Of a stretch of 64,000 bases of DNA, positions 7,601 through 15,820 are shown one piece after another. The notes beneath the pieces were generated by a model, which had not been told where the DNA came from, ran no database searches, and saw only the letters and a list, made by a program, of their open reading frames with translations. The stretch lies in contig CBDBFT010000001.1 of the NCBI GenBank assembly GCA_965205065.1, positions 5,681,821 to 5,745,820 on the forward strand, read 5' to 3'. The translations under genes were made by a program, and so were the position numbers. Every line of letters begins with the position of its first letter. Position 1 is the first letter of the stretch. The stretch is from Candidatus Poribacteria bacterium. GTDB lineage: Bacteria > Poribacteria > WGA-4E > WGA-3G.

Positions 7601-9142
7601 CTACCTGTTTTTCTTTTTATTCCGTTTGAAGATTCCTTTCACTTTTGGCTTTAGTTCCTTTGCTTTATCAAAATCTGCTTCTGCTGCTTCGTGCTGTCCG
7701 AGTGCTTCATTAGAAACACCTCTGTCATGATAAAACAGTGCCTCCTTCGGTTTTAACCGAAGGCATTCATTGAAATCTTCAATCGCTTCCTGATGATCAC
7801 CGAGGGCAGCTTTTGCAGCACCACGCGTGTGAAAATAGTCTGATCCTTGAATGTTTCCCTCAGGCTGTAACCTTATTGCTTCGTTAGCATCGGACACTGC
7901 CTGTTGATATAACTTTTTTGCTTCAGATTCGTTTCCCTCTTTCGTTTCAATCTGACCAAGAAGATAGTTTGTCCACCCACGACCATTGTAACCGATACTA
8001 TATAGTGGATCTGGATTGATGACCTTGTTATTGACGACTTTGTTATAGTCGTCTATTGTCATTTGATAGTGACTTCTCGCCTCATAATCAATCACCTTGT
8101 TACAGTCGTCTATTGACATTTTATAATGACTTCTCGCTTCAACCAGAAAACCTTGTTTAGCTTTGGATTCACCGAGACTACAGTTTGCTCTCGCTCGGTT
8201 GATGTAAACTGAAGTAATATCTGGATTGAGTTTGTGCGCAGCATCATAGTAGGCTATCGCCTGCTTGTATTTCCCTGCATTTAATTTTCTGGTACCCAAA
8301 GTCATTTTACCGTATACACGTGTTCGTGGATGTTCCCACCATTCCGATATAGTCTCAACATCTCCTGAGTTTGCCAACAATGTTTTTAAAGTAATTAAAG
8401 GGATAGCATTGACGATGGAAACACTATTTGCCCCAGCTGTATCATCCTTATCTGCTCCTGATGCTATGACAAAGTCAACAACTCCAATTACCTCACCTTT
8501 GTTGTTTAACACTGGACCTCCGCTGTGACCAACAGCGTAATCTGTAGACAGTTGTACTTTAATTTGGAGACTTTTAGCGTTGTAATGTTTCCCAGAGATT
8601 GTCCCTGTAATACTCTTATATTCTTTCTTATTGTAACCAACAATGCATACCTGTTCGCCACTCTCAAAAGCATCGTTATTTCCAAAAGAAAGAGGTACGC
8701 CTGTTTCAGTAACCTTTAGGATAACAAGATCATTTCTGTCATCATACGCAGTCACACCTTCAATAGTATATTCTGGCGTCTCTTTAATATTTTGGAAATG
8801 GTTAGGTATTTCGTCCTCTTCCGCCTTTAATCGTTTTAGATTACGAACAAATAACTGCTTGCGTATGCTGTTGATCGTCTTAGAAATACGATGGATAAGG
8901 GGAACTTTACTGAGTTCAAGTTGTTCTGCTGTGACTATTTTGATACGGCAACCGGGACCTCCTCCTTCAATAACATGAATGTTCGTTGCAATCTTGTCCG
9001 GTTCTACGAAAAAACCAGTTCCTACTTGAAATGTCAACCCAAGTAACTTAGTTTTTAAGTAAACAGTAGATTTCTTGCCGTTTTCAGCAATTCGTTGGAG
9101 TTGGTCTTCTCTTTCTTGTTCCATTGTAGCATTCACTTTCAA
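7601..9142 (-). CDS. Signal-less trypsin-like (S1 family) serine protease fused to C-terminal TPR repeats
   Basis: Catalytic triad contexts are ATNIHVI (His), RNDLVILKV (Asp) and VGHSGGPVLNNKGEVIGV (Ser). The C-terminal half is TPR-like (AIAYYDAAHKLNP, AIEDFNECLRLKP, AEADFDKAKELKP). No signal peptide. The TTG at 9142 is an uncertain start; ATG at 9124 is an alternative. Confidence 0.85.
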   Translation of the reverse strand: MKVNATMEQEREDQLQRIAENGKKSTVYLKTKLLGLTFQVGTGFFVEPDKIATNIHVIEGGGPGCRIKIVTAEQLELSKVPLIHRISKTINSIRKQLFVRNLKRLKAEEDEIPNHFQNIKETPEYTIEGVTAYDDRNDLVILKVTETGVPLSFGNNDAFESGEQVCIVGYNKKEYKSITGTISGKHYNAKSLQIKVQLSTDYAVGHSGGPVLNNKGEVIGVVDFVIASGADKDDTAGANSVSIVNAIPLITLKTLLANSGDVETISEWWEHPRTRVYGKMTLGTRKLNAGKYKQAIAYYDAAHKLNPDITSVYINRARANCSLGESKAKQGFLVEARSHYKMSIDDCNKVIDYEARSHYQMTIDDYNKVVNNKVINPDPLYSIGYNGRGWTNYLLGQIETKEGNESEAKKLYQQAVSDANEAIRLQPEGNIQGSDYFHTRGAAKAALGDHQEAIEDFNECLRLKPKEALFYHDRGVSNEALGQHEAAEADFDKAKELKPKVKGIFKRNKKKNR

Positions 9143-9159
9143 TTGTCCAAGGTGTTAGT

Positions 9160-9291
9160 TTATAGTTTTCTTTTCTCTTTTGGGTCTAATTCCTTTGCTT
9201 TATCAAAATCTGCTTCTGCTGCTTCGTGCTGTCCGAGTGCTTCATTTGAAACACCCCTGTCATGATAAAACAATGCCTTCTTCGGTTTATG
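9160..9291 (-). pseudogene. 3' fragment of a paralogue of the protease-TPR gene
   Basis: About 100 nt (about 9185..9288) are nearly identical to about 7650..7753. Encodes KPKKALFYHDRGVSNEALGQHEAAEADFDKAKELDPK. Homology stops abruptly at about 9289, where the IS630-like element begins. Confidence 0.7.
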
Positions 9292-10223
9292 AAGATCAAA
9301 AAATAAATCGGGTAATTCTAAAAATCTGCTATAATGTTCATCAAGGAGGAACATTATTATGGCAAAACGACACATTCTTAACCTCACTGATGATCAACAA
9401 GACGCCCTTCGCAAACTTCGCAATAATGGGAAACAATCTTATATACGCGAGCGTGCCGCTGCAATATTGAAGATCGCATCAGGCATGTCTCCGCATAAAG
9501 TCGCAATGGAAGGTTTGCTGAAAAAACGCAAACCCGATACTGTCTATGACTGGTTGCGCCGATTTCGTGAGCAGGGCACCGATGGGCTCTTTCAAAAATC
9601 TGGCAGAGGCAGAAAGCCTTCGTATGCGCCGATGTCCGATGAAGATGCTGAAATTGAGCTGCAAACCCTTGTTGACAGCCCACCAGACCCCGTCTCGGGA
9701 CATCAGGGTTTGGGTTCGGATCAGGTCTGCTTCGGGATCGGTGCCCTGAACGCACACACTGGCGATGTCGTTTACCATCAAGTAAAGAGTGCCACTGTGT
9801 TAGCAACCCACGCGTTTTACACCGCAGTCTGTGAGCGATATCCTCATGCTAAACACATTTATATAATACAAGACAATCGTCCAATCCACCTCCATGTGCG
9901 TCTCTTGGAAGCACTTTTGCCACAAAACTCGACGTTTGATAAACCCCTCCCACCGAGTTGGGAGAAGGGTAATTCGAAAATAGAAAAACTGCCTCAGTTA
10001 CCAATAGAGATAATACAACTACCGACCTATGCGCCTTGGACAAACCCGATTGAAAAACTATGGAGATATGCGCGACAATCTATTTTACATTTACATCGTC
10101 TCACTGATGAATGGGAGGTCCTTCAACAACGGGTAATGACGTTTATGGAAGAGTTCATAGGCGGTTCAGAAAAACTCTTGCGATATGTTGGGTTATCACC
10201 CGTTTAATTATTTTAACTTCATC
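9289..10223 (+). mobile_element. IS630-family-like element, apparently shortened
   Basis: Left boundary is inferred from the break in TPR homology at about 9289. Imperfect inverted ends are atgaagatcaaaaaataa (left) and ttattttaacttcat (right, about 10208..10222). Only about 0.94 kb, shorter than I expect for IS630 elements. Confidence 0.4.
9359..10207 (+). CDS. IS630-family transposase, probably internally deleted
   Basis: N-terminal HTH region is LRKLRNNGKQSYIRERAAAILKIASG. C-terminal DDE_3-type motifs are IYIIQDNRPIH and LPTYAPWTNPIEKLW. Only 282 aa, and the segment that should carry the first catalytic Asp is not recognisable. Confidence 0.7.
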   Translation: MAKRHILNLTDDQQDALRKLRNNGKQSYIRERAAAILKIASGMSPHKVAMEGLLKKRKPDTVYDWLRRFREQGTDGLFQKSGRGRKPSYAPMSDEDAEIELQTLVDSPPDPVSGHQGLGSDQVCFGIGALNAHTGDVVYHQVKSATVLATHAFYTAVCERYPHAKHIYIIQDNRPIHLHVRLLEALLPQNSTFDKPLPPSWEKGNSKIEKLPQLPIEIIQLPTYAPWTNPIEKLWRYARQSILHLHRLTDEWEVLQQRVMTFMEEFIGGSEKLLRYVGLSPV

Positions 10224-10424
10224 TGGGGCTAAAGATTATTGTCTGTTCGTATTTCTATATACCTGTCGCCCCGCTGGGGCTGCTCTGTTCTATTAGTGAA
10301 GTTATATATGGGGTTTAGTAGTGAAGTTATATTGGGTTTAGAAACTGAGCCAAAATAGAAACGACATCAATGCGACAGTCCCAGAGGGACGAAAGGTATA
10401 TAGTAACATATGGGTTGGTATATA

Positions 10425-10687
10425 CTACTTACCGTTCTTTGAAAAGTCAATGTCCTCAAACGTTTCTGCGGTGAGGACCTGGTCAAACAAGTCATCAAGG
10501 TGAGCAAGGTCATCTATAGCCGTAATCTCATTGAGAACAGTGTCTGACTGCTCAGCGAACCGATACTGTACTATTTTGAGAACGTCTGTCCGCTTCTCGT
10601 TGATTCTACCTTTTTCAAGACCTTCTTCAAGACCTTCGGCTTTTCCTTCTTCAAGACCTTCGGTTTTTCCTTTTTCAAGTCCTTGTC
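10425..10687 (-). pseudogene. Start-less fragment homologous to the C-terminal (DUF4351-type) domain of the Rpn nuclease at 17322..18422
   Basis: Minus-strand frame reads QGLEKGKTEGLEEGKAEGLEEGLEKGRINEKRTDVLKIVQYRFAEQSDTVLNEITAIDDLAHLDDLFDQVLTAETFEDIDFSKNGK*. This is near-identical to the last 85 aa or so of the Rpn protein. A TGA lies directly upstream and there is no in-frame start. The same 3' flank (taccaacccatat) follows both copies. Confidence 0.65.
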
Positions 10688-10903
10688 AATGTGTTTAACA
10701 CTGAGAATGTGGGTCTTAAATGAGGGCACATTATGTTCAGAATTTCTTCTAAATTATGTATTTGCTGTTCTTCAGCCATTATTCCTCCAAAAAGGTTTAT
10801 TTCATAAGTATAGGTTAGCAGAAACTGATGAATATGTCAATGGAATAATTTAAACGGGTGTGTAAATATTTTGTCACTAAACCTTCAATACCTTCACCAA
10901 TAA

Positions 10904-11056
10904 TAGACATTCTGTTAGATTGTGCCTCTTTTGTAGCACATTCTGTTAGATTGTGCCTCTTTGTAGCACATTCTGTTAGATTGTGCCTCTTTGTAGCACA
11001 TTCTGTTAGATTGTGCCTCTTTGTAGCACATTCTGTTAGATTGTGCCTCTTTGTAG
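10904..11056. repeat. Head-to-tail array of a 30-bp unit gtagcacattctgttagattgtgcctcttt (about 5 copies)
   Basis: Read directly. Each unit contains the hairpin GCACAtTCT-gtt-AGAtTGTGC. There are no spacers between units. Confidence 0.9.
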
Positions 11057-11076
11057 CTGATCAAAGTCATATAATA

Positions 11077-11160
11077 ATGCAGAAACCCCTTCTGCGTCTT
11101 CCGTGTCCTTCGCGTAATCCGCGATTCAGACAAATAAAGTGACAAAAAGTTTACACACCC
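11077..11160. repeat. Inverted-orientation copy of the about 80-bp repeat at 5793..5870
   Basis: The reverse complement reads gggtgtgtaaactttttgtcactttatttgtctgaatcgcggattacgcgaaggacacggaag...tgcat. Confidence 0.8.
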
Positions 11161-11261
11161 ATTTAAACGGGGTGTGTAAATTAATTGTCACCTAAGAAAA
11201 GGATCGCTGAACCCTTGCTCCAGATGAAGTTATACCATTTCTACTATATAATATACCATTT

Positions 11262-11343
11262 CGTAGGTCGGGTAGAGGGACGAGACCCGACATGTATTGA
11301 TTATGGCTATCCTGTCGGGTTTCGTCCCTCTACCCGACCTACG
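11262..11343. repeat. Long near-perfect inverted repeat (31-bp arms, 20-nt spacer)
   Basis: cgtaggtcgggtagagggacgagacccgaca (11262..11292) pairs with tgtcgggtttcgtccctctacccgacctacg (11313..11343). There is one mismatch, which would be G-U in RNA. Confidence 0.85.
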
Positions 11344-12087
11344 GATGAATGGAATAAAAATAATTCAAATTGGTATTAAAATAATACTTTAGGTAATTTG
11401 GCACAAATTCGGTTCGGTTAGGAAACCGAACCTACCGGCCTGGGAAAATCTGATTTATCAAACTCACGTTACAATAACTGTCTGCAAACTATACACCTGT
11501 CGCCCCGTATGAAGTTTAAGTTATTAATTGGGTAATACGCGGGCGGGGAAACCCCGCCCCTACGAAACCTTACTCCTACGATGAGTCATATCAGTAGAAT
11601 TACCTGATTATTTATTTATTTAATCTTCATACGGGACTGAAGAGAACTCTGATTTTGGAAAACCCTTAAGTTGACGCCCGCCGAATACCAAACGCGTATT
11701 CTGCCACATTCATCCTTGATTGTGCTTCTTTCAACGGGTGTGTAAAGTTTGTGTATTCTATTCAGAATTCGCGCCAATTATATAGCTTGCGCTGAGGACG
11801 CTGAGGACGCTGAAGGGGATTCGGTTAGGAAACCGAACCTACCTGCCTGGACGCATGGAACACAAAACCGGTCTGGACGCAAGTGACAAATTATCCTGAA
11901 AATCCTATAATCCTATAAATCCCGGTTCAGACAAAGGAAGCATTTCCATCCTATCCATCAGACAGCACCAAAAACCTCTTATCCTGGAAATCCTATAAAT
12001 CCTGTAAATCCTGGTTCAGACAAATAGAGTGCAAAAACTTTACACGCCGAACCAAACCTTAATCGGAGTTGCTTTTTCTAACAGATT

Positions 12088-12243
12088 CTGATACAATAAC
12101 CCAAGTTGCCACCTAATGTAGCACATTCTGTTAGATTGTGCCTATGAGGACATAAACTGGAAATGGATGCTACAATATTGCCCAAAAGAGGGTGTTTTCA
12201 AACCAAAGTCTTGATAGGTAGCAACTTGGGTTACAATAATCAG
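12088..12243. repeat. About 156-bp MITE-like or structured element: 26-27-nt imperfect inverted arms enclosing one GTAGCACA-type hairpin
   Basis: Arms are ctgatacaataacccaagttgccacc (12088..12113) and ggtagcaacttgggttacaataatcag (12217..12243). The hairpin gtagcacattctgttagattgtgcc is at 12118..12142. The element ends 65 nt before the Pnkp start. Confidence 0.6.
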
Positions 12244-12308
12244 ATAAGTTTGAATATCAGAAAAGCAATTCGCTTTTATATATTCAATTTGGTGCGGACG
12301 ATACCTCT

Positions 12309-14873
12309 ATGCATATCAATATCCCTGATCCATCACTTGTAATTCTCATCGGTCCCTCAGGTTCTGGAAAGTCGACTTTTGCACAACAGCATTTTAAACC
12401 TACTGAGATTCTATCTTCAGATTTCTGTAGAGGTATTGTCTCTGATGATGAGACAGATCAAGCAGCAACAAAAGACGCGTTTGATGTCCTACACTTCATC
12501 GCTGCTAAACGACTGTCTGCAGGAAAATTGACTGTTATTGATGCGACAAATGTACAAGCAGATGCACGCAAAACTTTACAAGCATTAGCACGAAAATATC
12601 ACTACCTGACAGCTGCCATTGTATTTAATCTACCATCCAAGATTTGTCAAGAACGAAACGAAGGAAGACCTGACAGAGATATAAGACCCGATGTTATTCA
12701 CAGACAGAAAAGTCAACTCAGAAGGTCATTGCGTGGTCTAAAACGCGAGGGTTTTAGAAGCTATGTTTATGTCCTTTCCTCACCAGAGCAAGTGGAATCT
12801 GTGAGGATAGAACGTCAACAACTATGGACTAACCGAACAGATGAACACGGTCCACTTGACATAATTGGGGACATACACGGTTGTTATGATGAACTTCTTG
12901 AATTACTACAAAATTTAGGATATGATATTAAAATAGAGACTGATGGGGAGACGTCTGTTTCCCATCCAGAGGGTAGGAAAGTCGTTTTTGTTGGGGATTA
13001 TGTTGACCGAGGTCCAAAGGTTGTTGAAGTGCTACGAACGGTTATGGATATGCACAAGAACGGTGTTGCAATCTGTGTTCCGGGAAATCATGATGTAAAA
13101 CTTGCCAGAGCAATACGGGGTAAGAATGTTAATAGGACCCACGGATTAGCAGAATCGATGTCACAATTAGAAAAAGAATCGGAAGAATTTAGGGCACAAG
13201 TTGCAGATTTTATTGAGGGGTTAATCAGTCATTATGTTCTTGATGATGCAAAGTTGGTCGTTGCACATGCTGGTATGAAGCAAGAAATGCAAGGAAGATC
13301 ATCCGGACGTGTTAGAGAGTTTGCACTCTACGGTGAGACGACTGGAGAAACAGACGAATTCGGTCTACCTGAACGGCTCAATTGGGCAGAAGAATATAGA
13401 GGCACGGCAACTGTTGTCTATGGACACACGTCGGTTCCAGAACCGCAATGGATTAATCGAACCATCAACGTTGATACAGGCTGCGTTTATGGGGGACGTT
13501 TGACAGCATTACGATATCCTGAAAGAGAACTTGAATCTGTACCCGCGCACAACACCTATTATGAACCTGCTAAACCGCTAATTGATGAATCAAGCAAAAC
13601 GTCTGCTACACAAAAACATATTGATGACGGTATTTTAAACATAAATGATGTCATTGGAAAACGTATTATCAGCACACGTCTCAACCACAATGTAACCATT
13701 CGTGAGGAGAATACTGTCAACGCACTTGAGGTGATGAGTCGTTTTGCTGTCAATCCGAAATGGTTAATCTATCTTCCACCGACGATGTCACCCTGTGAAA
13801 CCTCAAAAGCAGCTGCTCTACTTGAACATCCAACAGAAGCGTTTACTTACTATCGTAATCAAGGTGTATCAAAAGTAATTTGGCAAGAGAAACACATGGG
13901 TTCCCGTGCAATCGTTGTCGTCTGTCGGGATACAGAATCTGCTAAGAAACGATTCGGTATTTCTGTAGAGACAATTGGTACGTGCTACACACGCACCGGC
14001 AGACCATTTTTTGACGATGGCTCTGTGGAAACAGAACTGTTGTCACACGTGAAGAGTGCAGCTGATAAAGCGGGATTATGGGAATCCTTGAATACAGATT
14101 GGTTATGTCTTGATTGTGAGTTAATGCCGTGGTCAGTTAAAGCTCAGGAGTTATTACGGCAACAATATGCCCCGGTTGCAGCATCTGCTCAGGTTGCTGT
14201 TGACACTGCAATTACATCTTTGATGTCCACTGAACAACGCGGTGTGAGTGTGAAGAAGATGCTGGATGTATTTCAGGAACGCGCAGCATCTGTCAAAGGA
14301 TATGTAGAAGCCTATAGACGTTACTGTTGGCACGTAAAAACTATCACAGATATGAAACTCGCACCTTTTCATCTGTTAGCGACTGAAGGTAAAGTCTATT
14401 TTGATAAAGACCATCAGTGGCACATGGAGATACTTAAGAAACTGTGTCAAAATGATGATAATGATCTACTGTTTGCAACATCTTATGACACAGTTGACTT
14501 ATCTGATCCTACCAGCGAAACTGATGCTACACAACAGTGGGAAAAGCTCACTGAAAGTGGTGGTGAAGGCATTGTCATAAAACCGTACGATTTCGTTGCT
14601 AAAGGTAAGCGAGGCGTAGTGCAACCCGCTGTCAAATGTAGAGGACGTGAATACCTTCGCATCATCTATGGACCTGAATATACTTTAAGTCATAATTTAG
14701 AACGACTCAAATCCAGAGGTCTATCTAAAAAACGTTCATTGGCTATACGTGAGTTCGCATTGGGTGTAGAAGCATTAGAACGTTTTGTTAACTATGAACC
14801 CTTATCCAAAGTCCATGAATGTGTGTTTGGCGTTTTAGCCCTTGAAAGCGAAACAGTTGATCCGAGACTATAG
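12309..14873 (+). CDS. pnkp: Bacterial polynucleotide kinase-phosphatase (Pnkp) with three modules: 5'-kinase, 2',3'-phosphatase, ligase-like adenylyltransferase
   Basis: 854 aa. P-loop LIGPSGSGKST. Calcineurin-type metallophosphoesterase motifs GDIHGCYDEL, GDYVDRGP, GNHD and GHT. C-terminal nucleotidyltransferase module with the lysine motif QEKHMGSRA. Size and order match the Clostridium thermocellum Pnkp architecture as I recall it. Confidence 0.85.
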   Translation: MHINIPDPSLVILIGPSGSGKSTFAQQHFKPTEILSSDFCRGIVSDDETDQAATKDAFDVLHFIAAKRLSAGKLTVIDATNVQADARKTLQALARKYHYLTAAIVFNLPSKICQERNEGRPDRDIRPDVIHRQKSQLRRSLRGLKREGFRSYVYVLSSPEQVESVRIERQQLWTNRTDEHGPLDIIGDIHGCYDELLELLQNLGYDIKIETDGETSVSHPEGRKVVFVGDYVDRGPKVVEVLRTVMDMHKNGVAICVPGNHDVKLARAIRGKNVNRTHGLAESMSQLEKESEEFRAQVADFIEGLISHYVLDDAKLVVAHAGMKQEMQGRSSGRVREFALYGETTGETDEFGLPERLNWAEEYRGTATVVYGHTSVPEPQWINRTINVDTGCVYGGRLTALRYPERELESVPAHNTYYEPAKPLIDESSKTSATQKHIDDGILNINDVIGKRIISTRLNHNVTIREENTVNALEVMSRFAVNPKWLIYLPPTMSPCETSKAAALLEHPTEAFTYYRNQGVSKVIWQEKHMGSRAIVVVCRDTESAKKRFGISVETIGTCYTRTGRPFFDDGSVETELLSHVKSAADKAGLWESLNTDWLCLDCELMPWSVKAQELLRQQYAPVAASAQVAVDTAITSLMSTEQRGVSVKKMLDVFQERAASVKGYVEAYRRYCWHVKTITDMKLAPFHLLATEGKVYFDKDHQWHMEILKKLCQNDDNDLLFATSYDTVDLSDPTSETDATQQWEKLTESGGEGIVIKPYDFVAKGKRGVVQPAVKCRGREYLRIIYGPEYTLSHNLERLKSRGLSKKRSLAIREFALGVEALERFVNYEPLSKVHECVFGVLALESETVDPRL

Positions 14874-14920
14874 AATCCTTTAATGAAGATTAACCATTGT
14901 AATTACAACAAACATTCATT

Positions 14921-15814
14921 ATGAAATTACAAATTTTTAAAATAGTTGCATTTACATTTTTTCTCTGTTTCTGCTATGCCCTTTGCGGTTGTGAAGATTC
15001 ACCTACTGTTGTGAACGGAACAGATAAGGATTCTGTCGTTGATATTGTAGACTCTGTTCTTTCTGAAGATACAACTTGGTCTGCAGACAAGGTCTATAAG
15101 GTTGAGGGTGTTTTAGAGATCCCGCCTGATGTGATTCTTGAGATATTACCTGGAACTACCGTAGAATTTGCGCGAGATGCTCTGATCAAAGTTAGAGGAA
15201 CCTTGAAAATCGGTACACCTATATCGGAAGTTGTGTTAGATGAGTGGGTAACACTTACGTCCGACAAATCCAACCCCGGTTCTGGAGATTGGACAGGTAT
15301 TCTTTATGATCACACACACGATATAGATAGTTTTGTGAGAGGCGCAGTGATTGAATATGCTGATATTGCGCTTGACATAGATACGGCTTCACCAACCGTA
15401 ATTGATAGTGTGTTCCGTAATAATAAGACAGCAATTACGTTAGACGGTAGTAACTCTAAAATCCAGTATAATGATATTCACGATAATGAAGTTGGTATTT
15501 ATACCCTCGGTAGACAGAACCGTCCACGTATTGAATATAACAACATTACGAACAATGATGTCGGTATTTGGTGTGAAAATGTACAGTCCATTATTGAATT
15601 CAATAATTTTGAGCGGAATAATTACGGATTCAGGCTCAATGTAAAGTTTGACTATAATATCTCTAACAACTGGTGGGGTACGGTCATTCAAGACGAAATT
15701 GACAGGGTAATCCTTGATGTTAAGGATACAGATATTATAGCGAAAGTCCTCGGTACAGTCACATATCAGCCGATTTCTCAATTCCGTCTTGAGGACGCTG
15801 GTTTTCGGGAGTGA
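14921..15814 (+). CDS. Putative lipoprotein with right-handed parallel beta-helix (PbH1/NosD-like) repeats
   Basis: Signal peptide followed by Cys (FLCFCYALCGC). Repeated motifs are YNDIHDNEVGIY, YNNITNNDVGIW and FNNFERNNYGF. Confidence 0.6.
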   Translation: MKLQIFKIVAFTFFLCFCYALCGCEDSPTVVNGTDKDSVVDIVDSVLSEDTTWSADKVYKVEGVLEIPPDVILEILPGTTVEFARDALIKVRGTLKIGTPISEVVLDEWVTLTSDKSNPGSGDWTGILYDHTHDIDSFVRGAVIEYADIALDIDTASPTVIDSVFRNNKTAITLDGSNSKIQYNDIHDNEVGIYTLGRQNRPRIEYNNITNNDVGIWCENVQSIIEFNNFERNNYGFRLNVKFDYNISNNWWGTVIQDEIDRVILDVKDTDIIAKVLGTVTYQPISQFRLEDAGFRE

Positions 15815-15820
15815 TGGATT

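Larger units (their letters stand above)
10856..11160. mobile_element. MITE-like element of about 305 bp with 22-bp terminal inverted repeats
   Basis: Left end is gggtgtgtaaatattttgtcac (10856..10877). Right end is gtgacaaaaagtttacacaccc (11139..11160), matching 20 of 22 when reverse-complemented. ATTTAAAC directly flanks both ends (10848..10855 and 11161..11168). There is no coding capacity. Confidence 0.45.

Noticed and set aside
9384-9806. ORFs of 140 aa and 100 aa antisense to the IS630-like transposase
   Set aside because: They fall entirely within the better-supported transposase frame. They have Arg/Ser/His-rich composition and no start context.
10904-11056. Regularly spaced 30-bp repeats that at first glance resemble a CRISPR array
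   Set aside because: The units abut head to tail with no unique spacers. The same hairpin occurs singly all over the window, and no cas genes are present. It is a tandem REP-like array.
10858-11145. ORFs of 94 aa (+) and 76 aa (-) on the track
   Set aside because: Both are read-through of the 30-bp tandem repeat, giving reiterated VAHSVRLCLF and CYKEAQSNRM peptides. There is no RBS and they have repeat-driven composition.
10208-15814. Search for a Hen1 methyltransferase partner next to pnkp
   Set aside because: Upstream is repeat DNA without a credible ORF. The downstream ORF is a beta-helix lipoprotein without SAM-binding motifs. The methyltransferase-like gene at 18503 is small, separated by three genes, and does not resemble Hen1.
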